Shown: piece by piece, positions 30,592 to 39,979 of the stretch
Layout: each line of letters opens with the position of its first letter
Position numbering within the stretch: the stretch's first letter is position 1
Made by a program: the position numbers and the translations under genes
Origin: a virus
Taxonomy: Duplodnaviria; Caudoviricetes
Length of the DNA: 64,000 nt
Strand: one strand, 5' to 3'
IMG/VR virus record: IMGVR_UViG_3300018089_000001
Coordinates: 96,001-160,000 of that record
The notes under the pieces: generated by a model
Database searches by the model: none
What the model was told of the DNA's origin: nothing
What the model saw: the letters and a program-made list of their open reading frames with translations, nothing else

Positions 30592-31952
30592 CAGGCGACC
30601 TTGAACCGGACGCCGCCGTCGATCACCTGCTGCCGTCCCTGATCGAAGACCAGGAAGACGATCCTGTACGAGTTACCCGAGTGCAGGTTCCGCATGAAGA
30701 AGCGGAAAGAGTTGCCGTTGGCCCCGTAGGACAGGCGCGTGTGCTGCAGGCTACCGGTTCCGAAGGGAACGACCCTCTCACGTGTCGAGTCATTCTCGAT
30801 CGCGTAGTAGGCCTGCTCGACGATGTACGGCACGGACCCCAACGAGGCGGTCTGGAACACAGGCAACGCGTGGGCCCGTCTCCTGAACATGACCTCGAAG
30901 GTCACCAGCTCATCGGGCATGTACTCGTCCTGTAGGTTCCTAACGCGAGCGGTGAGCGGCTGCTGGGCCACCGAGGCCGCAGGACCCGCGGGGACGAACG
31001 AGAAGTTTCCGGTGAGGAAGGCGTATGACCCCGATCCCCACGAGTCGAAGAACACGGAGCCGCTGTACGAACCGGTGGCGAGGGAGAACGACGCACTGTA
31101 CAGGCCCGTTCCGACATGCGACGCAGTGAGCACCCGAAGGGCCCCGCTTGCGTCTGAGATGCCCACCGTGACGAAGTTACCGGGGAGGTCCTGGTACGTC
31201 CCACCGACGATATTGTAGAGCCAGAGGGACCCCGTCCGACCCCATTGCATGTTGGACCGGTCGTCCCTGACGTAATCGGCCGCGCGGACCTCGATGTACG
31301 GCGCTCGGTCGGAGAACGACGTCTGGCGCGAGTAGAACTTCTTTTGGAAGTAGTCGGTGTACAGCGAGTCTGCCTCGATCGAGGCCGGCAGCGTCACCCC
31401 GACGCCGTTGTTCGCTAGGGTGGAGCTGATCCAGGCCTGCACGATGGGAGTGACGTCGACCTCGAGGTCCTCGAAGCCGGTATCGAAGTGGACGGAGGCA
31501 GTGGGGGACGTGGCGAAGTCCCCGCCGGGGACCGTCCAAAAGGACGTCGAGGTTCGCTTCGTCCAGTTGGCGAAGCCCAAGTCGCCCAGGCGGATGACGT
31601 CCTGGCCGGTGCCCTCGTCCCATCCCGAGGCCACGGGCCGGACGAGGAGGTCGAAGCTCGACGGCTGCGTGCACCCCGCGGTCTTGTGGTTCATCCGCAG
31701 GACGAACGACTGCCCGACCGGTATGTCCCCCGAGGCGGTCAGGGCCGAGAACTCCGAGAGATCGAACTGGAGGAGGGCCCGTCCGAGGCTCGAGGAGGCG
31801 ATGTCCGTCGTTGCTCCGGAGACCCCGGCCAGCTTGAACACATCCAGCTCCTCCGAGGCCCCCAGGTTCGATCCGGTAGCCCGCACCGCCGACCGCGGCG
31901 GGTAGGCATTCGTGATGAACGTGTCCCGGACGGGATAGATCCGAAAGATCAC
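30591..31952 (-). CDS. Virion protein (DNRLRE-like N-terminal domain)
   Basis: DTFIT...NLGASEELDV...RALLQFDLS...WDEGTG...VDVTPIVQAW...NNGV. Confidence 0.7.
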   Translation of the reverse strand: MIFRIYPVRDTFITNAYPPRSAVRATGSNLGASEELDVFKLAGVSGATTDIASSSLGRALLQFDLSEFSALTASGDIPVGQSFVLRMNHKTAGCTQPSSFDLLVRPVASGWDEGTGQDVIRLGDLGFANWTKRTSTSFWTVPGGDFATSPTASVHFDTGFEDLEVDVTPIVQAWISSTLANNGVGVTLPASIEADSLYTDYFQKKFYSRQTSFSDRAPYIEVRAADYVRDDRSNMQWGRTGSLWLYNIVGGTYQDLPGNFVTVGISDASGALRVLTASHVGTGLYSASFSLATGSYSGSVFFDSWGSGSYAFLTGNFSFVPAGPAASVAQQPLTARVRNLQDEYMPDELVTFEVMFRRRAHALPVFQTASLGSVPYIVEQAYYAIENDSTRERVVPFGTGSLQHTRLSYGANGNSFRFFMRNLHSGNSYRIVFLVFDQGRQQVIDGGVRFKVA

Positions 31953-33775
31953 TTCGCGCTCCCAACGATGTCACGGGTCGGATACTTCACCTGAAAGACG
32001 GCCTCGGGTGGACAGACCAGCATTCCGTCCTGGAGGTTATCGGCGACGTTGAACCGGTCGTCGGAGTACGTGACGCCGTCCGAGGACCCGAAGACATTCC
32101 TGAAGGAGAGCTCGTACACGGAGACGACCCCCGCGGTCCCGTTGAGCACGGCGATCACGTCGGAGACGATGATCGGCTGCCCGATCTGCATCCTGTCCTG
32201 GGCGAAGTAGTCGGCCAGCCTGTCGGTGCACGAGAGGAGCACCTCGGACCGGTTCCTTCCCGGGGAGACCGTGATCCCAAAGTGCACCCTGATGTCAAGG
32301 ATGTCGCCGTCGAGGATGTTGATCCCGTCGGTGAGGAGCTTGAACTGGCGCAGGTATGTGGCCAGGTTTGACTTCAGGGTAGGCGTGGCCTTCGCGAGTA
32401 CGCCGTCAACGTCAAGCGCGAGGACGTGGATGTCATACGCGAATCTCCCGACCGCGGAGGGCTTCACGAAGACCTTCTCCGGTCTCCCGAACTTCGCTGG
32501 GATCGAGAGGCACCTCGCCACGACGTCCTCGCGGGTGACGACGCGCTGCTGGGCGGCGAAGAAGGCCGCGGCGTTGGCCTTGATCTCCCTGATCGTCTCG
32601 GCTCCTCCCCCTCCCGTCATGGCCACCTGGTTCAGGCATCCGATCGACCCCTCCACGCGGCCCTTCGTCACCGGATCGAGGTTCGTGGAGGCGAAGCTGA
32701 GGATCGCGTTGGAGACCTGCCGGACCGTCCGGGCCGGCACGTTTGTCTCAGCGCCTCCACCCACCCGGTAGGTCACCGTCAGTGTCGTGTTGTGCGGCGA
32801 CAGGCCGAGGCTGCGGGTGCGCAGGAAGTTCTGGGGATCTATCGCGAAGCTGTTGAACGTCCTCCGCCCGGCCAGCGGGAGGGAATAGGAGGCCACGTTC
32901 GGAACAAGCTCGTCGTCGAAGCTCACCCCGTCTCCTGAACCGAAGACCAGGGTGGAGACCCCCGTCTCGATGTCGCGGTCGACGACGAACCTATACGGGG
33001 CAGACTGGAGCCTGAGCACGTATGGCACGGTATCGACGTCGCTATTGGTGTTCGTCTCTGGGACGAAGACCCAGTCCTGGGCGAGATAGTCCACCTCGAA
33101 CCACTCGTTCCCCTGGGAGTCGACAACGCTGATCACCTCGATCACGTCGACCTGGCCCAGGTCGATCCTCCGAAAGGCCTGGAAATCGGTGACGCTGAAG
33201 TTCTCCGTGACGGTCCGGCCGGCCACCACGTCGACTGTCCTCTGGATAGCGAACGACGTCGGAACGCCCGTCGTGGCGTCGAACGATGAGCCCGTGACCG
33301 CCCTTCCGATCGACGCGGAGAACGGGACGTCGTCCAATGTCTCGAATGGAGTCCCGTTCTTGGCGATCCCCTGCGAGCCTTTCATGAGAACGGGGGTGTA
33401 TGAGTCGTCGGGGACCACGTTTCCGAATTGGTTGACAGTCGCTGGCACCACGAGGGCCCATGAGAGCTGCCCGACCGACGGGCGCTTGCCCTGCGGCCGA
33501 TAGCCGCGGGACTTGGCGTTCGCGATGACGTTTCGTAGCTGGGTCGCCGAGTCCCCGCCCTCGTTGTAGGCCTGGTCGATGTAATAGTTCAGGCCGTCGC
33601 CCACGTACGCCGCGAACTCCAGGAGGGCCATGCCCGCTGAGGACTCGTTGAAGTCCGTGAATGAGCCCGTGGCATACGCGTTCGCATACGTGATGAGGTC
33701 CCGCTTCAGCGACTTGAAGTCGCGGTTCAGCAGGCTGACGATCCTCTGCTTCCTAACGTCGAGTGCCATCGGCAA
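31949..33775 (-). CDS. Baseplate wedge subunit (T4 gp6 / baseplate J-like)
   Basis: RDFKSLK...FTDFNESSAGMALLE, FGSGDG, YRVGGG, AQQRVVTRED. Confidence 0.88.
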   Translation of the reverse strand: MPMALDVRKQRIVSLLNRDFKSLKRDLITYANAYATGSFTDFNESSAGMALLEFAAYVGDGLNYYIDQAYNEGGDSATQLRNVIANAKSRGYRPQGKRPSVGQLSWALVVPATVNQFGNVVPDDSYTPVLMKGSQGIAKNGTPFETLDDVPFSASIGRAVTGSSFDATTGVPTSFAIQRTVDVVAGRTVTENFSVTDFQAFRRIDLGQVDVIEVISVVDSQGNEWFEVDYLAQDWVFVPETNTNSDVDTVPYVLRLQSAPYRFVVDRDIETGVSTLVFGSGDGVSFDDELVPNVASYSLPLAGRRTFNSFAIDPQNFLRTRSLGLSPHNTTLTVTYRVGGGAETNVPARTVRQVSNAILSFASTNLDPVTKGRVEGSIGCLNQVAMTGGGGAETIREIKANAAAFFAAQQRVVTREDVVARCLSIPAKFGRPEKVFVKPSAVGRFAYDIHVLALDVDGVLAKATPTLKSNLATYLRQFKLLTDGINILDGDILDIRVHFGITVSPGRNRSEVLLSCTDRLADYFAQDRMQIGQPIIVSDVIAVLNGTAGVVSVYELSFRNVFGSSDGVTYSDDRFNVADNLQDGMLVCPPEAVFQVKYPTRDIVGSAK

Positions 33776-33781
33776 TCTACC

Positions 33782-34168
33782 TCACACCGCGGGGAAGTTC
33801 ACGACCAGGTTGATCGGGACGTTCCCGTAGACGATCTCCAGCCTGATCCTGAAACCAGGGTCAGGGACAGACGGATCCTCGCTCGAGAAGGCCACGAAGA
33901 CCCCCTGGAGCCTCAGGAAGGGCATCCACTTGGCCAGTTGGGACTGCACCCGCGAGGCGATCGAGACCTTCAGGGAGCTGGTCATCGGCTCAAACAGGAA
34001 CTCCCGAAGGTTACATCCGAAATCGAAGTGCATCACCCGTTCGCCCCAGTTAGTGACGAGCAGCGAACGGACGTTCGACTTGATGGCCTCGACGATGCTG
34101 TCGCTCGACTCGAGGTACCCGATGGAACCGGTGGAGAGCGCGAAGGGAAAGCTGACTGAGATCGACAT
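33782..34168 (-). CDS. Baseplate wedge protein, gp25-like
   Basis: IKSNVRSLLVTNWGERVMHFDFGCNLREFLFEP. Confidence 0.9.
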   Translation of the reverse strand: MSISVSFPFALSTGSIGYLESSDSIVEAIKSNVRSLLVTNWGERVMHFDFGCNLREFLFEPMTSSLKVSIASRVQSQLAKWMPFLRLQGVFVAFSSEDPSVPDPGFRIRLEIVYGNVPINLVVNFPAV

Positions 34169-34169
34169 C

Positions 34170-34610
34170 CTACGTGACCGGGACCACGGAAGGCACTCCC
34201 GCGGGAGTCACAACCGTGACCGCGATGCCCAGCGTGTAGGTATGGAGTGCATCCGCAATCGCAGACAGGGCCCTCTCTGGGTCCGTGTTCCGCAGCTGGG
34301 ACTGCCCGACCGCTCGCAGGGCGGGTGAGAGCAGCGGCACGAGCGTGGTCGTGCCGGCCAACCCGGGTCCCGCCCATGCGACGGCGGTCCACATGGCCCG
34401 GAGGGTCTGGTCGAGGGCGTCGAAGAACGGACCGGCGGTCGGAATGGGAGCCAGTGCCGTCGGGACGGTGCCTCCCGCGACCGCGGACTTGGCGTACGAG
34501 GCGTACGCTTGGGCCCAGAGTCGCACGGCCTCAGCAGACGACCGTGGCATCCCCTCCTTCCTGAAGAGGGGTCGGAGGGCCGAGCGCAGGGCATCCGCCG
34601 AGACGCTCAC
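34170..34610 (-). CDS. Hypothetical baseplate-region protein
   Basis: Coupled ORF upstream of gp25. Confidence 0.6.
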   Translation of the reverse strand: MSVSADALRSALRPLFRKEGMPRSSAEAVRLWAQAYASYAKSAVAGGTVPTALAPIPTAGPFFDALDQTLRAMWTAVAWAGPGLAGTTTLVPLLSPALRAVGQSQLRNTDPERALSAIADALHTYTLGIAVTVVTPAGVPSVVPVT

Positions 34611-35194
34611 CGCGCCCTGCTTCGCTGGGAGAAGACGGCCGGCGGGAGGGGCGGAGGCGGCCCGGAGGGCCCCGCGGGAGTCGGAATGACCACGGAGTCC
34701 CAGAAGGTCGAGAACTGGTCCGCGAGGATCAGCCGCTCGCTCGCACCCTCTCCCAGGAAGACGTCTCCCTCGATCACCACCCGGCCGGATGACTCAATCA
34801 GGAGGTACGCCTTGCCGACCGAGACCTTCAGGTCAGTCCGAGGCGTGATGCGGATGCAGTCAGCCCGGAGCATCGCGGCGGAGACCGCCCGCGACTCCCG
34901 GCCGATCGCGGAGGTCCCGGCGACTGCGTCCGGATCGGTCTTGGCGGACAGGTAGAGGGTCGACCGGTCCCGATCGAACGACGGGTCCCCGGCGTCCCTG
35001 CCGACGACCAGGAGGGCCGCGCCCGCGGCCCTTCCAGCCCCGGGGGAGTCGACTGAGCCGTATCCGCTGTCGACGGACCCCGCCCTGTCCCTTCCCAGGA
35101 GGAGGGTGGCGTTGTTGGCTCCTGCCAGGAAAGCGTCACCGGTCCTCCGGGAAAGCGAGGGGACGTCCTCGAACACCATGTCGCGCGACATCAC
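34607..35194 (-). CDS. Putative baseplate spike/hub protein, C-terminal part
   Basis: Beta-strand pattern ending IPTPAGPSGPP, typical of spike tips; position upstream of gp25. Confidence 0.55.
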   Translation of the reverse strand: MMSRDMVFEDVPSLSRRTGDAFLAGANNATLLLGRDRAGSVDSGYGSVDSPGAGRAAGAALLVVGRDAGDPSFDRDRSTLYLSAKTDPDAVAGTSAIGRESRAVSAAMLRADCIRITPRTDLKVSVGKAYLLIESSGRVVIEGDVFLGEGASERLILADQFSTFWDSVVIPTPAGPSGPPPPLPPAVFSQRSRAR

Positions 35195-35787
35195 CCGTCC
35201 TTAAAGAAGTCCATGCCGTTGGGCATGGGGGCGAGCGAGGCATGCTCGTCGCTCGTGTCGTACTCCGGTCCGTTCGGCTCGAAGAAGTCCATGCCGGTCC
35301 TCGGCGAGGACGGCGCGGTGTACGAGTCGGTCCCCTTGAAGCTGTTGGCCGAGTCCTGGCCGGGCACGCGGGACACCCAGACGCCGTGGTCCATCCCGGT
35401 CCCCTCGAAGACCACGTAGACGTGCTCCCCCGGCGAGACCGGGATGGACAGCTGGTCAGCGGACAACAGCGGCCAGAACACCCGCGTGTCCGCGTCGTCA
35501 AGGAGCCTGTCGAGGCCGTCCGTGAGGATGCGACCCTTGATCGATCCCCGGGGATTATCCGGACCCACGGTGGCACCGTAGTGTCTCGACCGACCGCTCC
35601 GGTCCGTCACGTCGATCCCACCGGAGCCGTCCTTGTTCTGGAGCAGGCCTCCCTCGAGGTCCACGGCGAGGACGACTGCCCGATGGTAGTGCCGGGACGG
35701 CCCGTGCTCACCCCGAGCAGCGCGGACGAGCAGGTCCCCAAGGATCAGCTCAGGCCGACGGTACCAGTCATTCCCCCGCCCGTTCAT
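35191..35787 (-). CDS. Putative baseplate spike OB-fold protein
   Basis: FWPLL...IPVSPGEHVYVVF...GVWVSR resembles gp5/VgrG OB folds. Confidence 0.55.
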   Translation of the reverse strand: MNGRGNDWYRRPELILGDLLVRAARGEHGPSRHYHRAVVLAVDLEGGLLQNKDGSGGIDVTDRSGRSRHYGATVGPDNPRGSIKGRILTDGLDRLLDDADTRVFWPLLSADQLSIPVSPGEHVYVVFEGTGMDHGVWVSRVPGQDSANSFKGTDSYTAPSSPRTGMDFFEPNGPEYDTSDEHASLAPMPNGMDFFKDG

Positions 35788-35938
35788 GCTCGCTCAGCTC
35801 CCCCCGGATGACCCTGGCCTCCTCCCGGAGATGAGCGAGGCGGATCCACTTCGGGCCGATCTCGCGGACGATGGAGTCCATCTCCGAGGCGATGGCCAGC
35901 AGCCGGCGTCCCCGCTCGATCGCCTCAGTTCGATCCAT
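35768..35938 (-). CDS. Hypothetical protein
   Basis: MDRTEAIERG..., GGAGG/GAGG RBS-like sequence upstream. Confidence 0.5.
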   Translation of the reverse strand: MDRTEAIERGRRLLAIASEMDSIVREIGPKWIRLAHLREEARVIRGELSEHERAGE

Positions 35939-36239
35939 CCTCGGCCTCCTTGAACGGCATCCCGATCTCCTTGGCGATCTCGTCGGAGTCCGACGAGTCG
36001 TCCTCGGAACTCGGACGCCGGGCAAGCGCCTTGACGAGGGTGGCCTTCACCTGATGCTGTCGGGTCGCAGCGTCCATGAGCTTCGCCACGTACTCAGCGA
36101 TGCCGACCCGACCGTCCGAGTACTCCTCGATCAGACGGTCGAGGAAATCGGTCAGACGACCGCGGTCGTCCCCGATGTCCCGGACCAGGTCCTCGACGAT
36201 CTCCGAGAGCTTCCGCTCCTCGTCATCCCTCTTCTCCAT
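35925..36239 (-). CDS. Hypothetical helical protein
   Basis: 104 aa coupled ORF. Confidence 0.65.
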   Translation of the reverse strand: MEKRDDEERKLSEIVEDLVRDIGDDRGRLTDFLDRLIEEYSDGRVGIAEYVAKLMDAATRQHQVKATLVKALARRPSSEDDSSDSDEIAKEIGMPFKEAEDGSN

Positions 36240-36897
36240 TGTCGAACCTTCCCCGGAAGGCCTGGTACAACTCCTTCATCTGGTTGATGTTGTGGGTGAC
36301 CTGCTTGGTGGTCAGACCCGTCATCTCCTTGATGTAGAGGAACACGGCCTTCCGGTTGTAAATACTGACCAGATGGGGATTCTGGAGAAGGAAGACGATG
36401 GCGTCCAGGACCTGGACCTCCTGCGGCTTCTTCAGGACGGTCCGCCACCTGTCCATGTTTCTGAACAGGGACACCCAGAACTCCCGCTCCACGATCCTGT
36501 CCTCGTGGGAGGCCAGCACCAGGGACGGGTCGTTCCGGACCACATCGTGGTCGATCCCGTAGAAGTTCTCCGTCTGCTGCTTGAGCCTCTTGTTCTTGTC
36601 CCTGATCCGACCCACGAACCAGTGCTTGACCACCACGTTGAAGTACGAGAAGGCCTTCTTCCCCTTCATCGGATCGAACTTCGGGAGGGTCTCGAAGACC
36701 GTCGAGAGGCACTCGTCCTTGAGGGTGTCGGGGTCGTCGATCTTGTAGAACCCGTAGAGGTACATCTGGCTCTCGATGAGCTTCGTCAGGGCCGGCCTGA
36801 TCCCCTCATCAAAGATGCGGTTCTTCGTGGCCGGGTCCTTCTCCGCCACGAACTCCGCGATCTTCGCGTCCACCTCTGGTCCGAAGTACATCGGCAT
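36223..36897 (-). CDS. Putative phage sigma-like (late) transcription factor
   Basis: LPKFDPMKGKKAFSYFNVV resembles sigma region 2; C-terminal HTH-like YIKEMTGLTTKQV. Confidence 0.65.
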   Translation of the reverse strand: MPMYFGPEVDAKIAEFVAEKDPATKNRIFDEGIRPALTKLIESQMYLYGFYKIDDPDTLKDECLSTVFETLPKFDPMKGKKAFSYFNVVVKHWFVGRIRDKNKRLKQQTENFYGIDHDVVRNDPSLVLASHEDRIVEREFWVSLFRNMDRWRTVLKKPQEVQVLDAIVFLLQNPHLVSIYNRKAVFLYIKEMTGLTTKQVTHNINQMKELYQAFRGRFDNGEEG

Positions 36898-36900
36898 CCT

Positions 36901-37215
36901 TCACTCCACGTCGGGCCTGGGAAGGGGCCTGTCGTCCCTCGGCGGAGCCGCGGACCGCACCGCCCTCGTGATCTGGTCAATCTCCTCCAGGGCCCGCACG
37001 TTCCTGTTGTGGAACGAGACGACCTCCGGGTTGTCGGTGAGCAGGTCCAGGGACAGCATCCTCCTGAGATCCTCGGCGTAGCCGAAGAGCACGGGCATGA
37101 TCTGCTGCCAGATCGAGTCGAACTCAAGCAGCCGCTTGGCAGCCCGAAACAACAACACCCCCAACGCCCCGTTGGCGATGAGGGAGAGGACTAGGAATAC
37201 CACAACCCAGATCAA
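36901..37215 (-). CDS. Membrane-anchored hypothetical protein
   Basis: N-terminal transmembrane helix. Confidence 0.6.
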   Translation of the reverse strand: MIWVVVFLVLSLIANGALGVLLFRAAKRLLEFDSIWQQIMPVLFGYAEDLRRMLSLDLLTDNPEVVSFHNRNVRALEEIDQITRAVRSAAPPRDDRPLPRPDVE

Positions 37216-37412
37216 GCGGACCCCTTTGAGTACCCGTCGGTGGCCCAGCCACCGCCCTTGAGGTGAAACGCGGGAGCCGATATCAGCATCCGCATGGCCA
37301 CCTGTCCGTCACACCCCTCCTCGCAACAGAGGGGATCCGACTCGTCGTGGACCGACCTCTCGAGCTCCACGGTGACCCCACACTTTGGGCACCTGAAGTC
37401 GTATCGGGCCAC
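37212..37412 (-). CDS. FmdB-family zinc-ribbon protein
   Basis: YDFRCPKCG...ISAPAFHLKGGGWATDGY. Confidence 0.85.
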   Translation of the reverse strand: MARYDFRCPKCGVTVELERSVHDESDPLCCEEGCDGQVAMRMLISAPAFHLKGGGWATDGYSKGSA

Positions 37413-37414
37413 AC

Positions 37415-37606
37415 TCAGCTCCAGAACGAGGGCCCGACGGACTCCCGCCAGGGATCAGAATTAGGACTCAGCGAGAGCTTCCCGTCCCTCTCGACGAGGT
37501 CCATGTCACGCAGCAGCTGGGAGATGTCGACCCCCTCAGCCAGGCCCTTTCGCAGGCACGCCATGATGCCCAGGAGGGCGTCGTCAGCAAGCTTCACAGG
37601 TTCCAT
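37415..37606 (-). CDS. Hypothetical protein
   Basis: 63 aa coupled ORF. Confidence 0.55.
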   Translation of the reverse strand: MEPVKLADDALLGIMACLRKGLAEGVDISQLLRDMDLVERDGKLSLSPNSDPWRESVGPSFWS

Positions 37607-38511
37607 CCCAACAGTCCAATGGTTGCACCCAGGTCAGCGATGGCCGTCCTGGGCTTCGTAACTACGGTCGCGGCGGCCGCATTCGCGAACTGCGTCGCGG
37701 TATAGATGTCGCGTCCCTCGACCATCATCGCAGCCAGGCCTGCAAGGAATGTGTCCCCGCACCCACACACGTCGATCTCATCGACGACATGGGCCCTCAT
37801 CCGCACGGTGTGGCAGACGAACGTGCCCGGCTGCTCCGTCTCCCTCCGAGTGGTGACGCGGACCCCGCCGGGGCCGTCCGTGACCACGAGGAAGCTGAAG
37901 AAGTCCTCGGGGGAGTGGTGCCTCTCGAGGGCGGCCTCCCACTCCATTCGGTTCAGCTTGGCGAGGAGCGTGCGTACGCCGCCCGAAGCGAAGGACGTGA
38001 GGTCGGTCATCTTGGTGTCGACCAGCAGCTTGCTCCGGTGCTCCATGAGCAGGGGTAGGGAGGCGCCGACCGTCCCCGAGCCGTAGTCAGACATCACGAT
38101 CAACTCGGGATCGCTTCCCGCGAGGTACTCCTCAAGCGAGCGACGGACGGCCTTCGACTGGAAGTCGTAATAGTCCGACCCGTCCACACGAAGCAGCGTC
38201 TCGCCACCCATGATCACCCGCTCCTTGCAGAGCGGCTCGTCGAAGATGCAGCGCTCGACGTCAACCCTGCTCCCAGAGAGGAACTTGATCAGGCGCGCGA
38301 GCGGCGCGTCAAGGACCCCGATCAGGTCGACCTGGATCTTCGGTGCTAGGGCCGCGAGATTCAGGGCCACGTTCGCGGCCCCACCGGGCCGCACGTTACG
38401 CCCGATCTCGACCACGGCTCGAACCGACGGGGCGTCCGGACACATCTTCTTGAAGACGCACTCCCGGTACACGTCCGCGATGATGTCACCGATTACTAGG
38501 ACCCTCTTCAC
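37594..38511 (-). CDS. Heptose-7-phosphate kinase (HldE/RfaE domain I, PfkB family)
   Basis: VLVIGDIIAD, PGGAANVALNL, MSDYG, LVDTK, DVCGCGDTF, ANAAA. Confidence 0.85.
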   Translation of the reverse strand: MKRVLVIGDIIADVYRECVFKKMCPDAPSVRAVVEIGRNVRPGGAANVALNLAALAPKIQVDLIGVLDAPLARLIKFLSGSRVDVERCIFDEPLCKERVIMGGETLLRVDGSDYYDFQSKAVRRSLEEYLAGSDPELIVMSDYGSGTVGASLPLLMEHRSKLLVDTKMTDLTSFASGGVRTLLAKLNRMEWEAALERHHSPEDFFSFLVVTDGPGGVRVTTRRETEQPGTFVCHTVRMRAHVVDEIDVCGCGDTFLAGLAAMMVEGRDIYTATQFANAAAATVVTKPRTAIADLGATIGLLGWNL

Positions 38512-38514
38512 TCC

Positions 38515-38979
38515 TCACGCTCCCAATAAGGAGGTGGTGGACCAACCGGGAAGCAAATCCACAGTCCTCACCTCGCTACCCGACCATCGTATCACTGTAC
38601 TCGGATCGTAGTCTGAGCCCTTGACGACGAGAGGCGGCTTGAGCATGTCCATGAGCCGCTGGGGCGTCCGCTCATCGAAGATGACCACGGTGAACGGCCA
38701 GAAGAGATGACTGAGCAGGTCCGCTCGGCTGGAGTGGGGAACGACTGGCCTCCCAGGCCCCTTCAATCCCCTCACCGATTCGTCGGAGTTCAGGGCGACG
38801 ACGGCCTGCAGGCCCTGCATGTGACACAGCACAGACAGGTGCCGGAGGAGGTGGATGTGCCCGGAATGAAGCACGTCAAAACATCCGTTGGCCACCCCAC
38901 ACCTTCCTTCAAGGAGGCGCAGGAGTGTGCTCTCCTCGAGGGCATCGAGATGGATGACCCTCCGCGAGACCTCATTCAT
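38515..38979 (-). CDS. Heptose-1-phosphate adenylyltransferase (HldE/RfaE domain II)
   Basis: NGCFDVLHSGH, ALNSDESVRGLKGPGRP, VKGSDY, GWSTTS. Confidence 0.9.
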   Translation of the reverse strand: MNEVSRRVIHLDALEESTLLRLLEGRCGVANGCFDVLHSGHIHLLRHLSVLCHMQGLQAVVALNSDESVRGLKGPGRPVVPHSSRADLLSHLFWPFTVVIFDERTPQRLMDMLKPPLVVKGSDYDPSTVIRWSGSEVRTVDLLPGWSTTSLLGA

Positions 38980-39979
38980 CGGTGACGGCGCGGCCCTTCT
39001 GGGACTCCCAGTTGCGGTCCTGACGGATTCCCAAGTTGCGACGATGCAGCGCCTTGAAGAGATTTCCCTTCAACCCATCGTCTGCCATGTTGCCGACCAT
39101 GTCCCTAGAGCAACCGAGCTGTTCCGAGATGAACGCGAGGCTCTGGGTGTCCTTGACGAAGCAGTGGCCACCGTAGCCGAGGTTCCCATCGGGCCCCGGG
39201 ACGCCCATGTGACTCGTCCCGATCCTCCGGTCGAGCTGCGTGAGGAGCTTGACCGTTTCATAGTCGACCCCCAGCCTCTGGCAGATCAGGTACAACTCGT
39301 TCGAGATCATGACTCGCGCCGTCAGGTGGACATTCGTGGACAACTTGGTCATCTCGGCCTCCTCAGGGGAGCAGTGGACGATCGCCACCGGTCCATCGGG
39401 ATGACCCGCGTAGGTCTCCGCCTGTCTGTCGGGCCAGACCCCCTCGAAGTACTTGAAGACCACCCGGGCGTCCTCCAGGTCACCGCCGAGAAGGACCCGG
39501 TTCGTGGTCTTGAAGTCCCGGACCGCGTTGGCCTCCGTCAGAAACTCGGGCGAGAAGAGGAGCCTGAGCGCGTACCTGTCCTGCATCTTCCGAGTGAAAC
39601 CGGGCGGGACGGTGCTCTTGAGGACGACGACGAAGTCGTCGAGGGACCTCCCGAGCTTGATGGTGGCGTTCTGGATGTCCTGGAGGACGCTCTCCACGAT
39701 GCCTGTGTGGCACTCTCCCGACGGTCTCATGGGCGTCGGGACGGCCACGAAGATCACCTCGGCGTGGGCGACCACGCCGAGGATTTCTGGAGAGAGCAGC
39801 ACCTTGTTCAGTTCCTCGCGTCCCTCGTAACCGGCCTTGTCATAGACAATGACCCCACCGACGTGCGGCCTGAACAGCTCGACGACCGCGTTACCGATGA
39901 AGCCGTACCCGACCTGTCCGACAGTCGCCTTGGAGATGTCGAAGTCCTCGATGAAGGTCGGGGAGTTGATGTCGATCAC
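38972..39979 (-). CDS. ugd: UDP-glucose/GDP-mannose dehydrogenase family protein
   Basis: GYGFIG, VAVPTP, KSTVPPG, FSPEFL, GYGGHCFVKD; GTG start at 39979. Confidence 0.85.
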   Translation of the reverse strand: MIDINSPTFIEDFDISKATVGQVGYGFIGNAVVELFRPHVGGVIVYDKAGYEGREELNKVLLSPEILGVVAHAEVIFVAVPTPMRPSGECHTGIVESVLQDIQNATIKLGRSLDDFVVVLKSTVPPGFTRKMQDRYALRLLFSPEFLTEANAVRDFKTTNRVLLGGDLEDARVVFKYFEGVWPDRQAETYAGHPDGPVAIVHCSPEEAEMTKLSTNVHLTARVMISNELYLICQRLGVDYETVKLLTQLDRRIGTSHMGVPGPDGNLGYGGHCFVKDTQSLAFISEQLGCSRDMVGNMADDGLKGNLFKALHRRNLGIRQDRNWESQKGRAVTDE